In this document: piece by piece, positions 1 to 13,153 of the stretch
How the letters are laid out: each line of letters opens with the position of its first letter
Numbering within the stretch: the first letter of the stretch is position 1
Assembly: GCA_030390025.1 (NCBI GenBank)
Contig: CM059438.1
Span: 53,508,001 to 53,572,000 of the forward strand
DNA length: 64,000 bases
From: Squalus acanthias
Lineage: Eukaryota
Reading direction: 5' to 3'
The notes under the pieces: model-generated
The model's input: only the letters and a program-made list of their open reading frames with translations
Told to the model about the DNA's origin: nothing
Database searches by the model: none
Position numbers and translations under genes: made by a program

Positions 1-3000
1 GGTAAAGATCAGTCATTTTATTGGGTAAAGATCAGTCATTTTATTGGGTAAAGATCAGTCATTTTATTGGGTAAAGATCAGTCATTTTATTGGGTAAAGA
101 TCAGTCATTTTATTGGGTACAGATCAGTCATTTTATTGGGTACAGATCAGTCATTTTATTGGTACAGATCAGTCATTTTATTGGGTAAAGATCAGTCATT
201 TTATTGGTAAAGATCAGTCATTTTATTGGGTAAAGATCAGTCATTTTATTGGGTAAAGATCAGTCATTTTATTGGGTAAAGATCAGTCATTTTATTGGGT
301 AAAGATCAGTCATTTTATTGGGTAAAGATCAGTCATTTTATTGGGTAAAGATCAGTCATTTTATTGGGTAAAGATCAGTCATTTTATTGGGTACAGATCA
401 GTCATTTTATTGGGTAAAGATCAGTCATTTTATTGGTACAAATCAGTCATTTTATTGGGTACAAATCTGTCATTTTATTGGGTAAAGATCAATCATTTTA
501 TTGGGTAAAGATCAGTCATTTTATTGGGTAAAGATCAGTCATTTTATTGGTACAGATCAGTCATTTTATTGGGTAAAGATCAGTCATTTTATTGGGTAAA
601 GATCAGTCATTTTATTGGGTAAAGATCAGTCATTTTATTGGGTAAAGATCAGTCATTTTATTGGGTAAAGATCAGTCATTTTATTGGGTAAAGATCAGTC
701 ATTTTATTGGGTAAAGATCAGTCATTTTATTGGGTAAAGATCAGTCATTTTATTGGGTAAAGATCAGTCATTTTATTGGGTAAAGATCAGTCATTTTATT
801 GGTACAGATCAGTCATTTTATTGGGTAAAGATCAGTCATTTTATTGGGTACAGATCAGTCATTTTATTGGGTAAAGATCAGTCATTTTATTGGGTAAAGA
901 TCAGTCATTTTATTGGGTAAAGATCAGTCATTTTATTGGGTAAAGATCAGTCATTTTATTGGGTAAAGATCAGTCATTTTATTGGGTAAAGATCAGTCAT
1001 TTTATTGGGTAAAGATCAGTCATTTTATTGGGTAAAGATCAGTCATTTTATTGGGTAAAGATCAGTCATTTTATTGGGTAAAGATCAGTCATTTTATTGG
1101 GTAAAGGTCAGTCATTTTATTGGGTAAAGATCAGTCATTTTATTGGGTAAAGGTCAGTCATTTTATTGGGTAAAGATCAGTCATTTTATTGGGTAAAGAT
1201 CAGTCATTTTATTGGGTAAAGATCAGTCATTTTATTGGGTAAAGATCAGTCATTTTATTGGGTAAAGATCAGTCATTTTATTGGGTAAAGATCAGTCATT
1301 TTATTGGGTAAAGATCAGTCATTTTATTGGGTAAAGATCAGTCATTTTATTGGGTAAAGGTCAGTCATTTTATTGGGTAAAGATCAGTCATTTTATTGGG
1401 TAAAGATCAGTCATTTTATTGGGTAAAGATCAGTCATTTTATTGAGTACAGATCAGTCATTTTATTGGGTACAGATCAGTCATTTTATTGGGTACAGATC
1501 AGTCATTTTATTGGGTACAGTTCAGTCATTTTATTGGGTAAAGATCAGTCATTTTATTGGGTAAAGATCAGTCATTTTATTGGGTAAAGATCAATCATTT
1601 TATTGGGTAAAGATCAGTCATTTTATTGGGTAAAGATCAGTCATTTTATTGGGGACAGTTCAGTCATTTTATTGGGTAAAGATCAATCATTTTATCGGGT
1701 AAAGATCAGTCATTTTAATGGGCAAAGATCAGTCATTTTATTGGGTAAAGATCAGTTATTTTATTGGGTAAAAATCAGTCATTTTATTGGGGACAGTTCA
1801 GTCATTTTATTGGGTAAAGATCAATCATTTTATTGGTAAAGATCAATCATTTTATTGGGTGCAGATCAATCATTTTATTGGGTAAAGATCAATCATTTTA
1901 TTGGGTAAAGATCAGTCATTTTATTGGGTAAAGATCAATCATTTTATTGGGTAAAGATCAGTCATGTTATTGGGTAAAGATCAGTCATTTTAATGGGCAA
2001 AGATCAATCATTTTATTGGGTAAAGATCAGGCATTTTATTGGGTACAAATCTGTCATTTTATTGGGTAAAGATCAGTCATTTTATTGGGTAAAGATCAGT
2101 CATTTTATTGGGTAAAGATCAGTCATTTTATTGGGTAAAGATCAGTCATTATTGGATACAGATCAGTCATTTTATTGGGTAATGATCAATCATTTTATTG
2201 GGTAAAGATCAGTCATTTTAATGGGTAAAGATCAATCATTTTATTGGGTAAAGATCAGTCATTTTATTGGGTAAAGATCAATCATTTTATTGGGTAAAGA
2301 TCAGTCATTTTAATGGGTAAAGATCAATCATTTTATTGGGTACAGATCAGTCATTTTGTTGGGTACAGATCAGTCATTTTATTGGTAAAGTTCAGTCATC
2401 TTATTGGGTACAGATCAATCATTTTATTGGTAAAGATCAATCATTTTATTGGGTACAGATCAGTCATTTTAACGGGTAAAGATCAATCATTTTATTGGGT
2501 AAAGATCAGTCATTTTATTGGGTAAAGATCAATCATTTTATTGGTAAAGATCAATCATTTTATTGGGTGCAGATCAATCATTTTATTGGGTACAGATCAA
2601 TCATTTTATTGGGTACAGATCATTCATTTTATTGGGTTCAGATCAATCATTTTATTGGGTACAGATCAGTCATTTTATTGTGTACATATCAGTCATTTTG
2701 TAGGGTACAGATCAATCATTTTATTGGGTACAGATCAGTCATTTTATTGGGTTCAGATCAATCATTTTATTGGGTAAAGATCAGTCAGTTTATTGGGTAC
2801 ACATCAGTCATTTTATTGTGTACATATCAGTCATTTTGTAGGGTACAGATCAATCATTTTATTGGGTACAGATCAGTCATTTTATTGGGTTCAGATCAAT
2901 CATTTTATTGGGTACAGATCAGTCATTTTATTGGGTAAAGATCAGTCATTTTATTGGTACAGATCAGTCATTTTATTGGGTGCAGATCACTCATTTTATT

Positions 3001-6000
3001 GGTAAAGATCAATCATTTTATTGGGTAAAGATCAGTCATTTTATTGGTACAGATCAGTCATTTTATTGGTACAGATCAATCATTTTATTGGGTAAAGATC
3101 AGTCATTTTATTGGTACAGATCAGTCATTTTATTGGGTAAAGATCAGTCATTTTATTGGGTAAAGATCAGTCATTTTATTGGGTAAAGATCAGTCATTTT
3201 ATTGGGTAAAGATCAGTCATCTTATTGGGTAAAGATCAGTCATTTTATTGGGTAAATTTCAGTCATTTTATTGGGTACAGATCAGTCATTTTATTGGGTA
3301 CAAATCTGTCATTTTATTGGGTAAAGATCAATCATTTTATTGGGTAAAGGTCAGTCATTTTATTGGGTAAAGGTCAGTCATTTTATTGGTACAAATCAGT
3401 CATTTTATTGGGTACAAATCTGTCATTTTATTGGGTAAAGATCAGTCATTTTATTGGGTAAAGGTCAGTCATTTTATTGGGTAAAGTTCAGTCATTTTAT
3501 TGGGTAAAGATCAGTCATTTTATTGGGTAAAGATCAGTCATCTTATTGGGTAAAGATCAGTCATTTTATTGGGTAAAGTTCAGTCATTTTATTGGGTAAA
3601 GATCAGTCATTTTATTGGGTAAAGATCAGTCATTTTATTGGGTACAGATCAGTCATTTTATTGGGTAAAGATCAGTCATTTTATTGGGTACAGATCAGTC
3701 ATTTTATTGGGTAAAGATCAGTCTTTTTATTGGGTAAAGGTCAGTCATTTTATTGGTACAAATCAGTCATTTTATTGGGTACAAATCTGTCATTTTATTG
3801 GGTACAGATCAGTCATTTTATTGGGTAAAGATCAGTCATTTTATTGGGTAAAGGTCAGTCATTTTATTGGTACAAATCAGTCATTTTATTGGGTACAAAT
3901 CTGTCATTTTATTGGGTAAAGATCAATCATTTTCTTTGGTAAAGATCAGTCATTTTATTGGGTAAAGATCAGTCATTTTATTGGGTAAAGGTCAGTCATT
4001 TTATTGGGTAAAGATCAGTCATTTTATTGGGTAAAGATCAGTCATTTTATTGGGTAAAGATCAATCATTTTATTGGGTAAAGATCAGTCATTTTATTGGT
4101 AAAGATCAATCATTTTATTGGGTAAAGGTCAGTCATTTTATTGGGAAAGATCAGTCATTTTATTGGGTAAAGATCAGTCATTTTATTGGGTAAAGGTCAG
4201 TCATTTTATTGGGTAAAGATCAGTCATTTTATTGGGTAAAGATCAGTCATTTTATTGGGTAAAGGTCAGTCATTTTATTGGTACAAATCAGTCATTTTAT
4301 TGGGTACAAATCTGTCATTTTAATGGGTAAAGATCAATCATTTTATTGGGTAAAGGTCAGTCATTTTATTGGGTACAGATCAGTCATTTTATTGGGTAAA
4401 GATCAGTCATTTTATTGGGTAAAGATCAATCATTTTATTGGGTGAAGATCAGTCATTTTATTGGGTAAAGATCAGTCATTTTATTGGGTAAAGATCAGTC
4501 ATTTTATTGGGTAAAGATCAGTCATTTTATTGGGTAAAGATCAGTCATTTTATTGGGTAAAGATCAGTCATTTTATTGGGTAAAGGTCAGTCATTTTATT
4601 GAGTAAAGATCAGTCATTTTATTGGGTAAAGATCAGTCATTTTATTGGGTAAAGGTCAGTCATTTTATTGAGTAAAGATCAGTCATTTTATTGGGTAAAG
4701 ATCAGTCATTTTACTGGGTAAAGATCAGTCATTTTATTGGGTAAAGATCAGTCATTTTATTGGGTAAAGGTCAGTCATTTTATTGGGTACAGGTCAGTCA
4801 TTTTATTGAGTACAGATCAGTCATTTTATTGGGTACAAATCAGTCATTTTATTGGGTACAAATCTGTCATTTTATTGGGGACAGTTCAGTCATTTTAATG
4901 GGCAAAGATCAATCATTTTATTGGGTAAAGATCAGTCATTTTAATGGGTAAAGATCAGTCATTTTATTGGGTACAAATCTGTCATTTTATGGGTAAGGAT
5001 CAGTCATTTTATTGGGTAAAGATCAATCATTTTATTGGGTAAAGATCAGTCATTTTAATGGGCTAAGATCAATCATTTTATTGGGTAAAGATCAGTCATT
5101 TTATTGGGTAAAGATCAATCATTTTAATGGGTACAAATCAGTCATTTTATTGGGTAAAGATCAGTCATTTTATTGGGGACAGTTCAGTCATTTTAGTGGG
5201 TAAAGATCAATCATTTTATCGGGTAAAGATCAGTCATTTTAATGGGCAAAGATCAGTCATTTTATTGGGTAAAGATCAGTTATTTTATTGGGTAAAAATC
5301 AGTCATTTTATTGGGGACAGTTCAGTCATTTTATTGGGTAAAGATCAATCATTTTATTGGGTAAAGATCAATCATTTTATTGGGTAAAGATCAGTCATTT
5401 TATTGGGTAAAGATCAATCATTTTATTGGGTAAAGATCAGTCATTTTATTGGGTAAAGATCAATCATTTTATTGGGTAAAGATCAGGCATTTTAATGGGC
5501 AAAGATCAATCATTTTATTGGGTAAAGATCAGGCATTTTATTGGGTACAAATCTGTCATTTTATTGTGTAAAGATCAGTCATTTTATTGGGTAAAGATCA
5601 GTCATTTTATTGGGTAAAGATCAGTCATTTTATTGGGTAAAGATCAGTCATTATTGGATACAGATCAGTCATTTTATTGGGTAATGATCAGTCATTTTAA
5701 TGGGTAAAGATCAATCATTTTATTGGGTAAAGATCAGTCATTTTAATGGGTAAAGATCAATCATTTTATTGGGTAAAGATCAGTCATTTTATTGGGTAAA
5801 GATCAATCATTTTATTGGGTAAAGATCAGTCATTTTAATGGGTAAAGATCAATCATTTTATTGGGTACAGATCAGTCATTTTGTTGGGTACAGATCAGTC
5901 ATTTTATTGGTAAAGTTCAGTCATCTTATTGGGTACAGATCAATCATTTTATTGGTAAAGATCAATCATTTTATTGGGTACAGATCAGTCATTTTAATGG

Positions 6001-6572
6001 GTAAAGATCAATCATTTTATTGGGTAAAGATCAGTCATTTTATTGGGTAAAGATCAATCATTTTATTGGTAAAGATCAATCATTTTATTGGGTGCAGATC
6101 AATCATTTTATTGGGTACAGATCAATCATTTTATTGGGTACAGATCATTCATTTTATTGGGTTCAGATCAATCATTTTATTGGGTACAGATCAGTCATTT
6201 TATTGTGTACATATCAGTCATTTTGTAGGGTACAGATCAATCATTTTATTGGGTACAGATCAGTCATTTTATTGGGTTCAGATCAATCATTTTATTGGGT
6301 ACAGATCAGTCATTTTATTGGGTTCAGATCAATCATTTTATTGGGTAAAGATCAGTCAGTTTATTGGGTAAAGATCAATCATTTTATTGGGTAAAGATCA
6401 GTCAGTTTATTGGGTGCACATCAGTCATTTTATTGTGTACATATCAGTCATTTTGTAGGGTACAGGTCAATCATTTTATTGGGTACAGATCAGTCATTTT
6501 ATTGGGTTCAGATCAATCATTTTATTCGGCAAAGATCAGTCAGTTTATTGGGTACTGATCAGTCATTTTATT
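1..6572. repeat. 23-bp tandem satellite, consensus GGTAAAGATCAGTCATTTTATTG; runs off the left edge
   Basis: Directly visible tandem units. Homogeneous up to about 1400, more variant further right. Confidence 0.98.
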
Positions 6573-7368
6573 GTGAGATGTGTGAGGAAATACATTTAGG
6601 GGTGCTAACAAGGCTTGGGAATGCACAATAAATGGTAGGCTACTAAGACGTGTAGAGTAACAAAGAGACCTTGGAGTGCATGTCCACTGATCCCTGAATG
6701 TAGCAGGACAGGTTGATAAGGTACTTAAGATGGCATACGGGATACTTTCCTTTATTAGCTGTGGCATGGAATATAAGAGCTGGAAGATTTTGCTTCAGCG
6801 GTATAAAACACTCGTTAGGCTACAGCTGGAGTACTCTGTACAGTTCTGGTCACCACATTACAGGAACGATGTGATTGCACTAGAGAGGGTGCAGAGGAGA
6901 TTTACGAGGATGTTGCCAGGACTGGAGAAGTTTAGCTATGAGGAAAGATTGGATCGACTGTGATTGTTTTCTTTGGAACAGAGGAGGCTGAGGGGAGATA
7001 TAATTGAGGTGTATAAAATTATGAGGGGCCTAGATAGAGTGGATAGGAAGGACCTATTTCCCTTAGCAGAGAGGTCAATCACCAGGGGGCATAGACTTAA
7101 AGTAATTGGTAGAAGGATTAGAGGGGATTTGAGGAGAATCTTTTTTACCCGGAGGGTGGTGGGGGTCTGGAACGCACTGCCTGAAAAGGTGGTAGAGACA
7201 GAAACCCTCATCACATTTAAAAAGTTCTTGGATATGCACTTGAAGTGCCGTAACCTACAAGGCTACGGACCAAGAGCTGGAAAGTGGGATAAGGCTGGAT
7301 AGCTCTTTTTCGGCCAGACACAATGGGCCTCCTTCTGTGCCGTAAACTTCTATGATTCTGTGATTCTC
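6573..7368 (+). mobile_element. CR1 LINE 3' fragment
   Basis: ORFs 6730-6963 and 6964-7302 give the CR1 ORF2 C-terminus (LEYSVQFWSP, RRLRGD, TRGH). Ends in CTATGATTCTGTGATTCT. Confidence 0.93.
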
Positions 7369-8508
7369 TTCCATCACTATCCCTGGGTATTACCTGTCCC
7401 ACCGGCAGGACAGACCCAAGAGAGGTGGCTGCACTGTGGTATACAGCCGGGAAGGGTACCGTCATATACAAAAATAACAACAGAAAATGCTGGAAACACT
7501 CAGCGTGGAGCGATGCTGCCTGATATACTGAGTGTTTCCAGCATTTTCTGTGGTTATTTCAGATTTCCAACTTCCGCAGTATCTTGCTACCGTCATATAC
7601 ATTTGAGAACTGCTCTGTGAGTCCTCAACATTGACTCCGGTCCCCATGAAGTCCCATGGCATCAGGTCAATCATGGGCAAGGGAACCTCCTGTTGATTAC
7701 CACCTACTGCCTTCCCTCAGCTGATGAATCAGCACTCCTCCAGGTTGTACACCACTTGGAAGAAGCACTGAGAGTAGCAAGGGCAGAGAACCAACACAAG
7801 GGAAAAACCTTCTTGACCTCATCCTCACCAATCTACCTGTCGTAGATGCATCTGTCCATGACAATATTGGTAGGAGTGACCATCGCACAGTCCTTGTGGA
7901 GACAAAGTCCTATCTTCACACTGAGGACACCCTCCATCGTGTTGCCTGTCACTACCACCGTGCTAAATGGGATAGATTCAGAACAGATCTAGCAGCTCAA
8001 AACTGGGCATCCATGAGGTGCTGTGGGCCATCAGCAGCAACAGAATTGTATTCCACCACAATCTGTAACCTCATGGCCCGGCATATCCCTCACTCTACCA
8101 TTACCATCAAGCCAGGGGACGAATCCTGGTTCACTGAGGAGTGCAGAAGAGCATGCCAGGAGTAGCACCAGGCGTACCTAAAAATGAGGTGCCAACCTGG
8201 GGAGTCTGCAACACAGGACTACATGCATGCTAAAAAGCGGAAGCAGCATGCTATAGACAGAGCTTAGCGATCCCATAATCAACGGATCAGATCAAAGCTC
8301 TGCAGTCCTGCCACATCCAGTTGTGAATGGTGCTGGACAATTAAACAACTAATGGGAGGAGGAGGCTCCATGAATATCCCCATCCTCAATGATGGCGGAG
8401 CCCAGCATGTGAGTGCAAAAGACAAGGCTGAAGCGTTTGCAACCATCTTCAGCCAGGAGTGCCGAGTGGATGATCCATATCGGCCTCCTCCTGAGGTCCC
8501 CACCATCA
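7369..8508 (+). mobile_element. Internal fragment of the CR1/Zenon-like LINE family (endonuclease to linker)
   Basis: Colinear with 13410-14490 (KWDRFRTDLAAQNWASMR). Interrupted at 7471-7587. Confidence 0.88.
7471..7587. mobile_element. Short Penelope pLTR-derived fold-back insertion with 14-bp TSD
   Basis: TACCGTCATATACA at 7457-7470 and 7588-7601. Arms CAGAAAATGCTGGAAACACTCAG / CTGAGTGTTTCCAGCATTTTCTG resemble the Penelope 3' end at 30350-30395. Confidence 0.75.
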
Positions 8509-10995
8509 CCTTCCGGGTTTAACGGAGGCGCGTTTAGCTGCGTGTGAGTAACCTGCTCGCCGGAAGCGGGTCGATCATTATCACAGGTGGGTTGATCATT
8601 ATCTCACAGGCTAATGAAGCGCATTTCAAGTGATTTCAACAGGGATTTGAATTTAATGCCTCCAGTACGGGTTTCCTAGGGCTTGGGAAACTCACCCGTT
8701 AAACGGGTGCGAGATTCAGCGGCACTTCATGGGGGTGTTTAAAGTTCTGATTGCCCGATATCACTAAAGGCTCAGTAGTTACAGCTGAGGCAAAGTAATT
8801 GTTCAATATTTCTGCCATTTTGCTGTCATTACCATTGAGTTTATTGTATGTTGCAGCCACCAGCTCAGATACTGGCACTGTGTGGACTTTAGAGGGTAGC
8901 TTAGAGGTGGGTTCTGCATGTGATAAGTCACCGGGCACGAGTGGGCTGCTGCCAGGCCAGGGGGAAAGGGTAGCTCAGGTGCCAGCTCCCCGGAGGGCGA
9001 GGTTGCGCACGAGTTCTGCTGCACAGGACTCAGATGAGGACTTCAATGAGGCGGCCTTCAGAAGAATGGTGAAGCATGCACACAGAAATGTTTGATACAA
9101 CGGCAGGCCTGTCAGAGAGCCTCTTGTCACTGTCAAGGAGCATGGAGGAGTCCAGCTCCAACATTGCACAGAGCTTTGCGCGGAGCTTGGAGCCCATGAT
9201 TTCCAGGATGGAAGTGATGGGCAACTCCATTAGAGAACTTGTGGACTCAACCATGATGCTGGGTGTGATGGGCGATGTCGCAGCTTCCATTGCAGCACAA
9301 GCGGAAGCAACCCAATCTCTGAGTGTTGCAGTGGAAGCTCAGACTTCTGCCATGCAGGCTCAGCTTGCTGCCACGCAAGCTCATACTGCTGCCCTCGTGG
9401 CTGGGTTTACAAGTGTGGAAAGGGTCTTGCAGGGTATCTCAGCAGTCCAGCAATCTGTCCTCAACAGATGGCTAGGAATGCTGAGGTGCTGCCTCCTCCT
9501 CCTCCCCCTGAGGTGGCCACAGATCCCGTGGTGGCAAGGGCTGCACCCTCATGATGGCCAGAGAATGCAGCAGACCACGACGAATTGGGAACCCGCTCCG
9601 GTGAGTACTGGAGGGCTCCTCCCGAGCGGTCAAGGCAGCGGAACCATCGCTTACAGCACCCTGATGGTCTGCTCGATGAGGTTCATTGTGGCAGCATGGC
9701 TGTCATTATATGAGTGCTGGCCACAAGTGGTTGGGTTGCGGAGGAGAGTCATCAGCCAGGTGCAGAGAAAATAGCCCTTGTTGCCGAGCAGCCACCCTCG
9801 GGTTCGACGTGGTGGCTGGAAGATTGCTGGCACAGCAGACTGGCGAAGGATGAAGGCATCATGACTGCTGCCAGGATACCGGGCATTCACCATCAGGATG
9901 TGCTGGGCGTGGTCACTCACCAACTGCACATTAAGTGAGTGGTACCTTTTGCGGTTACGGAACATCTCACCATTGATATGTGACACCTGCAAAGCCACGT
10001 GTCTGCAGTCGATGGCGCTCTGCACCATGGGAAGCCCGATATCCTGGCAAAGCCACATGCGTGTTCCTCCTGCTTCTCCTGCTCAGAGAGAAGACAATGA
10101 AGTTCCTTCTCCTAACGTGCAGAGCTTATGTGACCTCCCGGATGCAGCGACGGGTGGTGAACTGCGAGATGTTTGCTATGTCGCCTGCTCCAGCCTGGAA
10201 GGATCCACTGGCGAAAAAATTCAGGGCCACAGTCACCTTGAGGGCCACTGGCAGTGTCGTCGTTGCCCTGCTCTGAGGCTGCAGGTCTGGTTCCCAGTGG
10301 TGGCAGAGATCCATGATCACCTCCTTGGTGAAGGGGAGCCACTGAATACACTCCTCCTGGCTTAGGTGCAGGTAGGAGAAGTGCTCCCTGGAGACTCTAG
10401 GTGGGTAAGGCCTCCTGCTGAGAGCCCTCCTCCTCCCTCTGAGAGCAGCTTGTCTTTGCTGCCTCTGCTCCATCTCCCTGTCATGCTGCAGCGCGAGGGG
10501 GACTCCAAGCAGAGCCCCCATGACTAGGAGCAAGTGGTGTCAGAGGCCATCCAGTAGCAGCCAACACCTTCCCAACGTCCAGCAGCACTCCCTGCAAACT
10601 TTAACAATGTTATAAATGTCTTCCAGCAACCCAGTATTGATATAAACTCCGCAAGAGCCAGTACAAGAGAAACAATCAACTCACCTGCAAGTTGGATGTA
10701 TCCCTTTAAATAGGGCTGGTGGGGGGGTTCATGCAGCTCAAGCACGTTCAGCTGTGCGTGTTTAGGAGAGGGCGTTGATTGGAATGGCAGGTCGTACATC
10801 AAGTCAGTGTTACACGCTGACTGACGTCACCACCTGCCTACGGCCGGCGCACGCATGTCCCACCCACGCTATTGCCCTCACCAAGATGGCGACCAGCACG
10901 GGCCACACAGGAAGTGGGTGGAAGCGAGGCGGCTAGCAATTTTTTCTCGAAACCAGCCTGAACTGCCGGCGCTAAGGTGCCGAATTTCACGCAAA
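8509..10995. mobile_element. Decayed Harbinger (PIF/Harbinger) DNA transposon with convergent Myb/SANT-partner and transposase genes
   Basis: Transposase on -, partner-protein C-terminal part on + (8850-9490, homologous to 37774-38532). GC-rich subterminal DNA. Boundaries approximate. Confidence 0.8.
9651..10533 (-). pseudogene. Harbinger (HARBI1-like) DDE transposase, frameshifted
   Basis: Motifs LNFFASGSFQ, AIDCRHV, NRKRYHSLNVQ, YPGSSHDAFIL, WLLGNKGY, IEQTI across ORFs 10126-10533 and 9651-10058. Confidence 0.9.
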
Positions 10996-11249
10996 TATGT
11001 TTGCCATATGACTTCAAATTGCTAGATCCATGGTATGGTACTGAAATTGACTTTTTGGTCTGAGCAAAGGTTCATAACTGTGAATTAACATTCCACTCGC
11101 CTTACTCGAGTTAACGGTACTATAGTAAAAAGTTCTTGATGAACAGGATGACTGAGCTGCAGTTCATAACACCTGAAATTCAAATAGGAAAGTGGGGATG
11201 GTGGATGGGAATGAGCAAATCTCCCTCTGAGCACTGAAACTCAGAAAGA

Positions 11250-11515
11250 ACTAGAACTAGAGGCGACATGAGGATTTTTATTTTACACAGTGAGTTGTTG
11301 TGATATGGAATGCATTGCTTGAAAGGTTGGTGAAAGCAGATTCAATAGTAACTTTAAAAATTGAATTGGATAAATACTTGAAGGGGAAAAAATGACAAGG
11401 CTGTGGGGAAAGAGAAGGTTTGTGGGACTAACTGAAGAGCTCTACCAAAGAGCCCGCACAGGCACGATGGGCCGAATGACCTCCTTCTGTGTTGTATGAT
11501 TCTATGATTCTATGT
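11250..11515 (+). mobile_element. CR1 3' end fragment
   Basis: CR1 C-terminal remnant plus (ATTCTATG)n tail at about 11495-11514. Confidence 0.85.
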
Positions 11516-12848
11516 GTCATTGATCAGTGACTGAGTGGAGAGGTACAAACCTCTATCTGAATAAGCGCTACATAATGGGACATGCGTTTTTTTAATTTAT
11601 TCATGGGATGTGGGCGTCGCTGGCAAGGCCAGCATTTATTGCCCATTCCTACTTGCCTTCGGGAAGGTGGTGGTGAGCCGCCTTCTTGAACTGCTGCAGT
11701 CCGTGTGGTGAAGGTACTTGGAGGGGAACTTGCAGGTGGTGGTGCTCCCATGCACCTGCTGCACTTGTCCTTCTAGGTGGAAGAGGTCGCGGGTTTGGGA
11801 GGTGCTGCCGAAGAAGCCTTGGCGAGTTGCTGCAGTGCATCTTGTAGATGGTACACACTGCAGCCACGGTGCGCTGGTGGTGGAGGGAGTGAATGTTTCA
11901 GGTGGTGGATGGGGTGTCAATCAAACAGACTGCTTTGTCTTGGATGGTGTCGAGCTTCTTGAGTGTTGGAGCTGCACTCATCCAGGCAAGTGAAGAGTAT
12001 TCCATCACATTCCTGACTAGTGCCTTGTAGATGGTGGAAAGGCTTTAGGGAGTCAGGAGGTGAGACACTCATCACAGAATACCCAGCCTCTGACCTGCTC
12101 TTGTACCAAAGTATTTATGTGGCTGGTCCAGTTAAGTTTCTGGTCAATGGTGACCCCCAGGATGTTGATGGGGGAGGATTCGACGATGGCAATCCCATTG
12201 AATGTCAAAGGGCCGTGGTTAGAATCTCTCCTGTTGGAGATGCTCATTGCCTGGCACTTGTGTGGTGTGAATGTTACTTGCCACTTATCAGCCCAAGTCT
12301 GAATGTTGTCCAGGTCTTGCTGCATGCGGGCATGGACTGCTTCATTATCTGAGGAGTTGCAAATTGAACTGAATACTGTGCACTCATCAGCGAACATCGC
12401 CACTTCTGACCCTATGATGGAGGGAAGGTCATTGATGAAGCAGCTGAAGATGGTTGGGCCTAGGACACTGCCCTAAGGAATGCCTGCAGTGATGTCCTGG
12501 CCTCCAACAACCACTACCATCGCCCTTTGTGCTAGGTATGATGTCAGCCAGTGGAGAATTTTCCCCCTGATTCCCATTGACTTCAATTTTACTAGGGCTC
12601 CTTGATGCTACACTCGGTCAAATGCTGACTTGATGTCAAGGGCTATCACTTTCACATTACCTCTGGAATTCAGCTCATTTGTCCATGTTTGGACCAAGGC
12701 TGGTAGAGTGAGGAATATGCCGGGTCATGAGGTTATAGATTGTGGTGGAATACAATTCTGCTGCTGCTGATGGCCCACAGCGCCTCATGGATGCCCAGTT
12801 TTGAGCTGCTAGATCTGTTCTGAATCTATCTCATTTAGCACGGTGGTT

Positions 12849-12940
12849 GAGGGAACGGTAGCATAGTGGTTATGTTACTGGGCTAGTAATCCAGAGGCCT
12901 GGACTAATGATCCAGAGACCGTGAGTTCAAATCCCACCAC
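12849..12940 (+). promoter_or_regulatory. tRNA-Thr(AGT)-like Pol III internal promoter (A box and B box)
   Basis: A box TAGCATAGTGG 12859-12869. Anticodon arm CTGGG-CTAGTAA-TCCAG 12878-12894, duplicated at 12899-12915. T arm/B box GTGAG-TTCAAAT-CCCAC 12921-12937. Confidence 0.8.
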
Positions 12941-13153
12941 GGCAGCTGGGGAATTTAAATTCAGTTAATTAAATAAATCTGGAATAAAAAGCTAGTATCA
13001 GTAATGGTGACCATGAAACTACCGGATTGTCGTAAAAACCCATCTGGTTCACTAATGTCCTTTAGGGAAGGAAATCTGCCGTCCTTACCTGGTCTGGCCT
13101 ATATGTGACTCCAGACCCACAGCAATGTGGTTGACTCTTAACCTCCCTCTGAA

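Noticed and set aside
1396..6631. Many short ORFs (MGKDQSFYWVKISHFIG...)
   Set aside because: Translations of the 23-bp satellite in rotating frames.
9076..9774. 232-aa Ala/Gln-rich coiled-coil host gene
   Set aside because: Homologous to the Harbinger partner protein at 37774-38532, and it runs into antisense transposase sequence.
9651..10533. Domesticated host HARBI1 gene
   Set aside because: Frameshifted, present as two related copies in the window, and paired with Myb/SANT genes in transposon layout.
12849..12945. Functional tRNA gene
   Set aside because: Duplicated anticodon arm, no good acceptor stem, no downstream T-run, and it is embedded in a retroelement.
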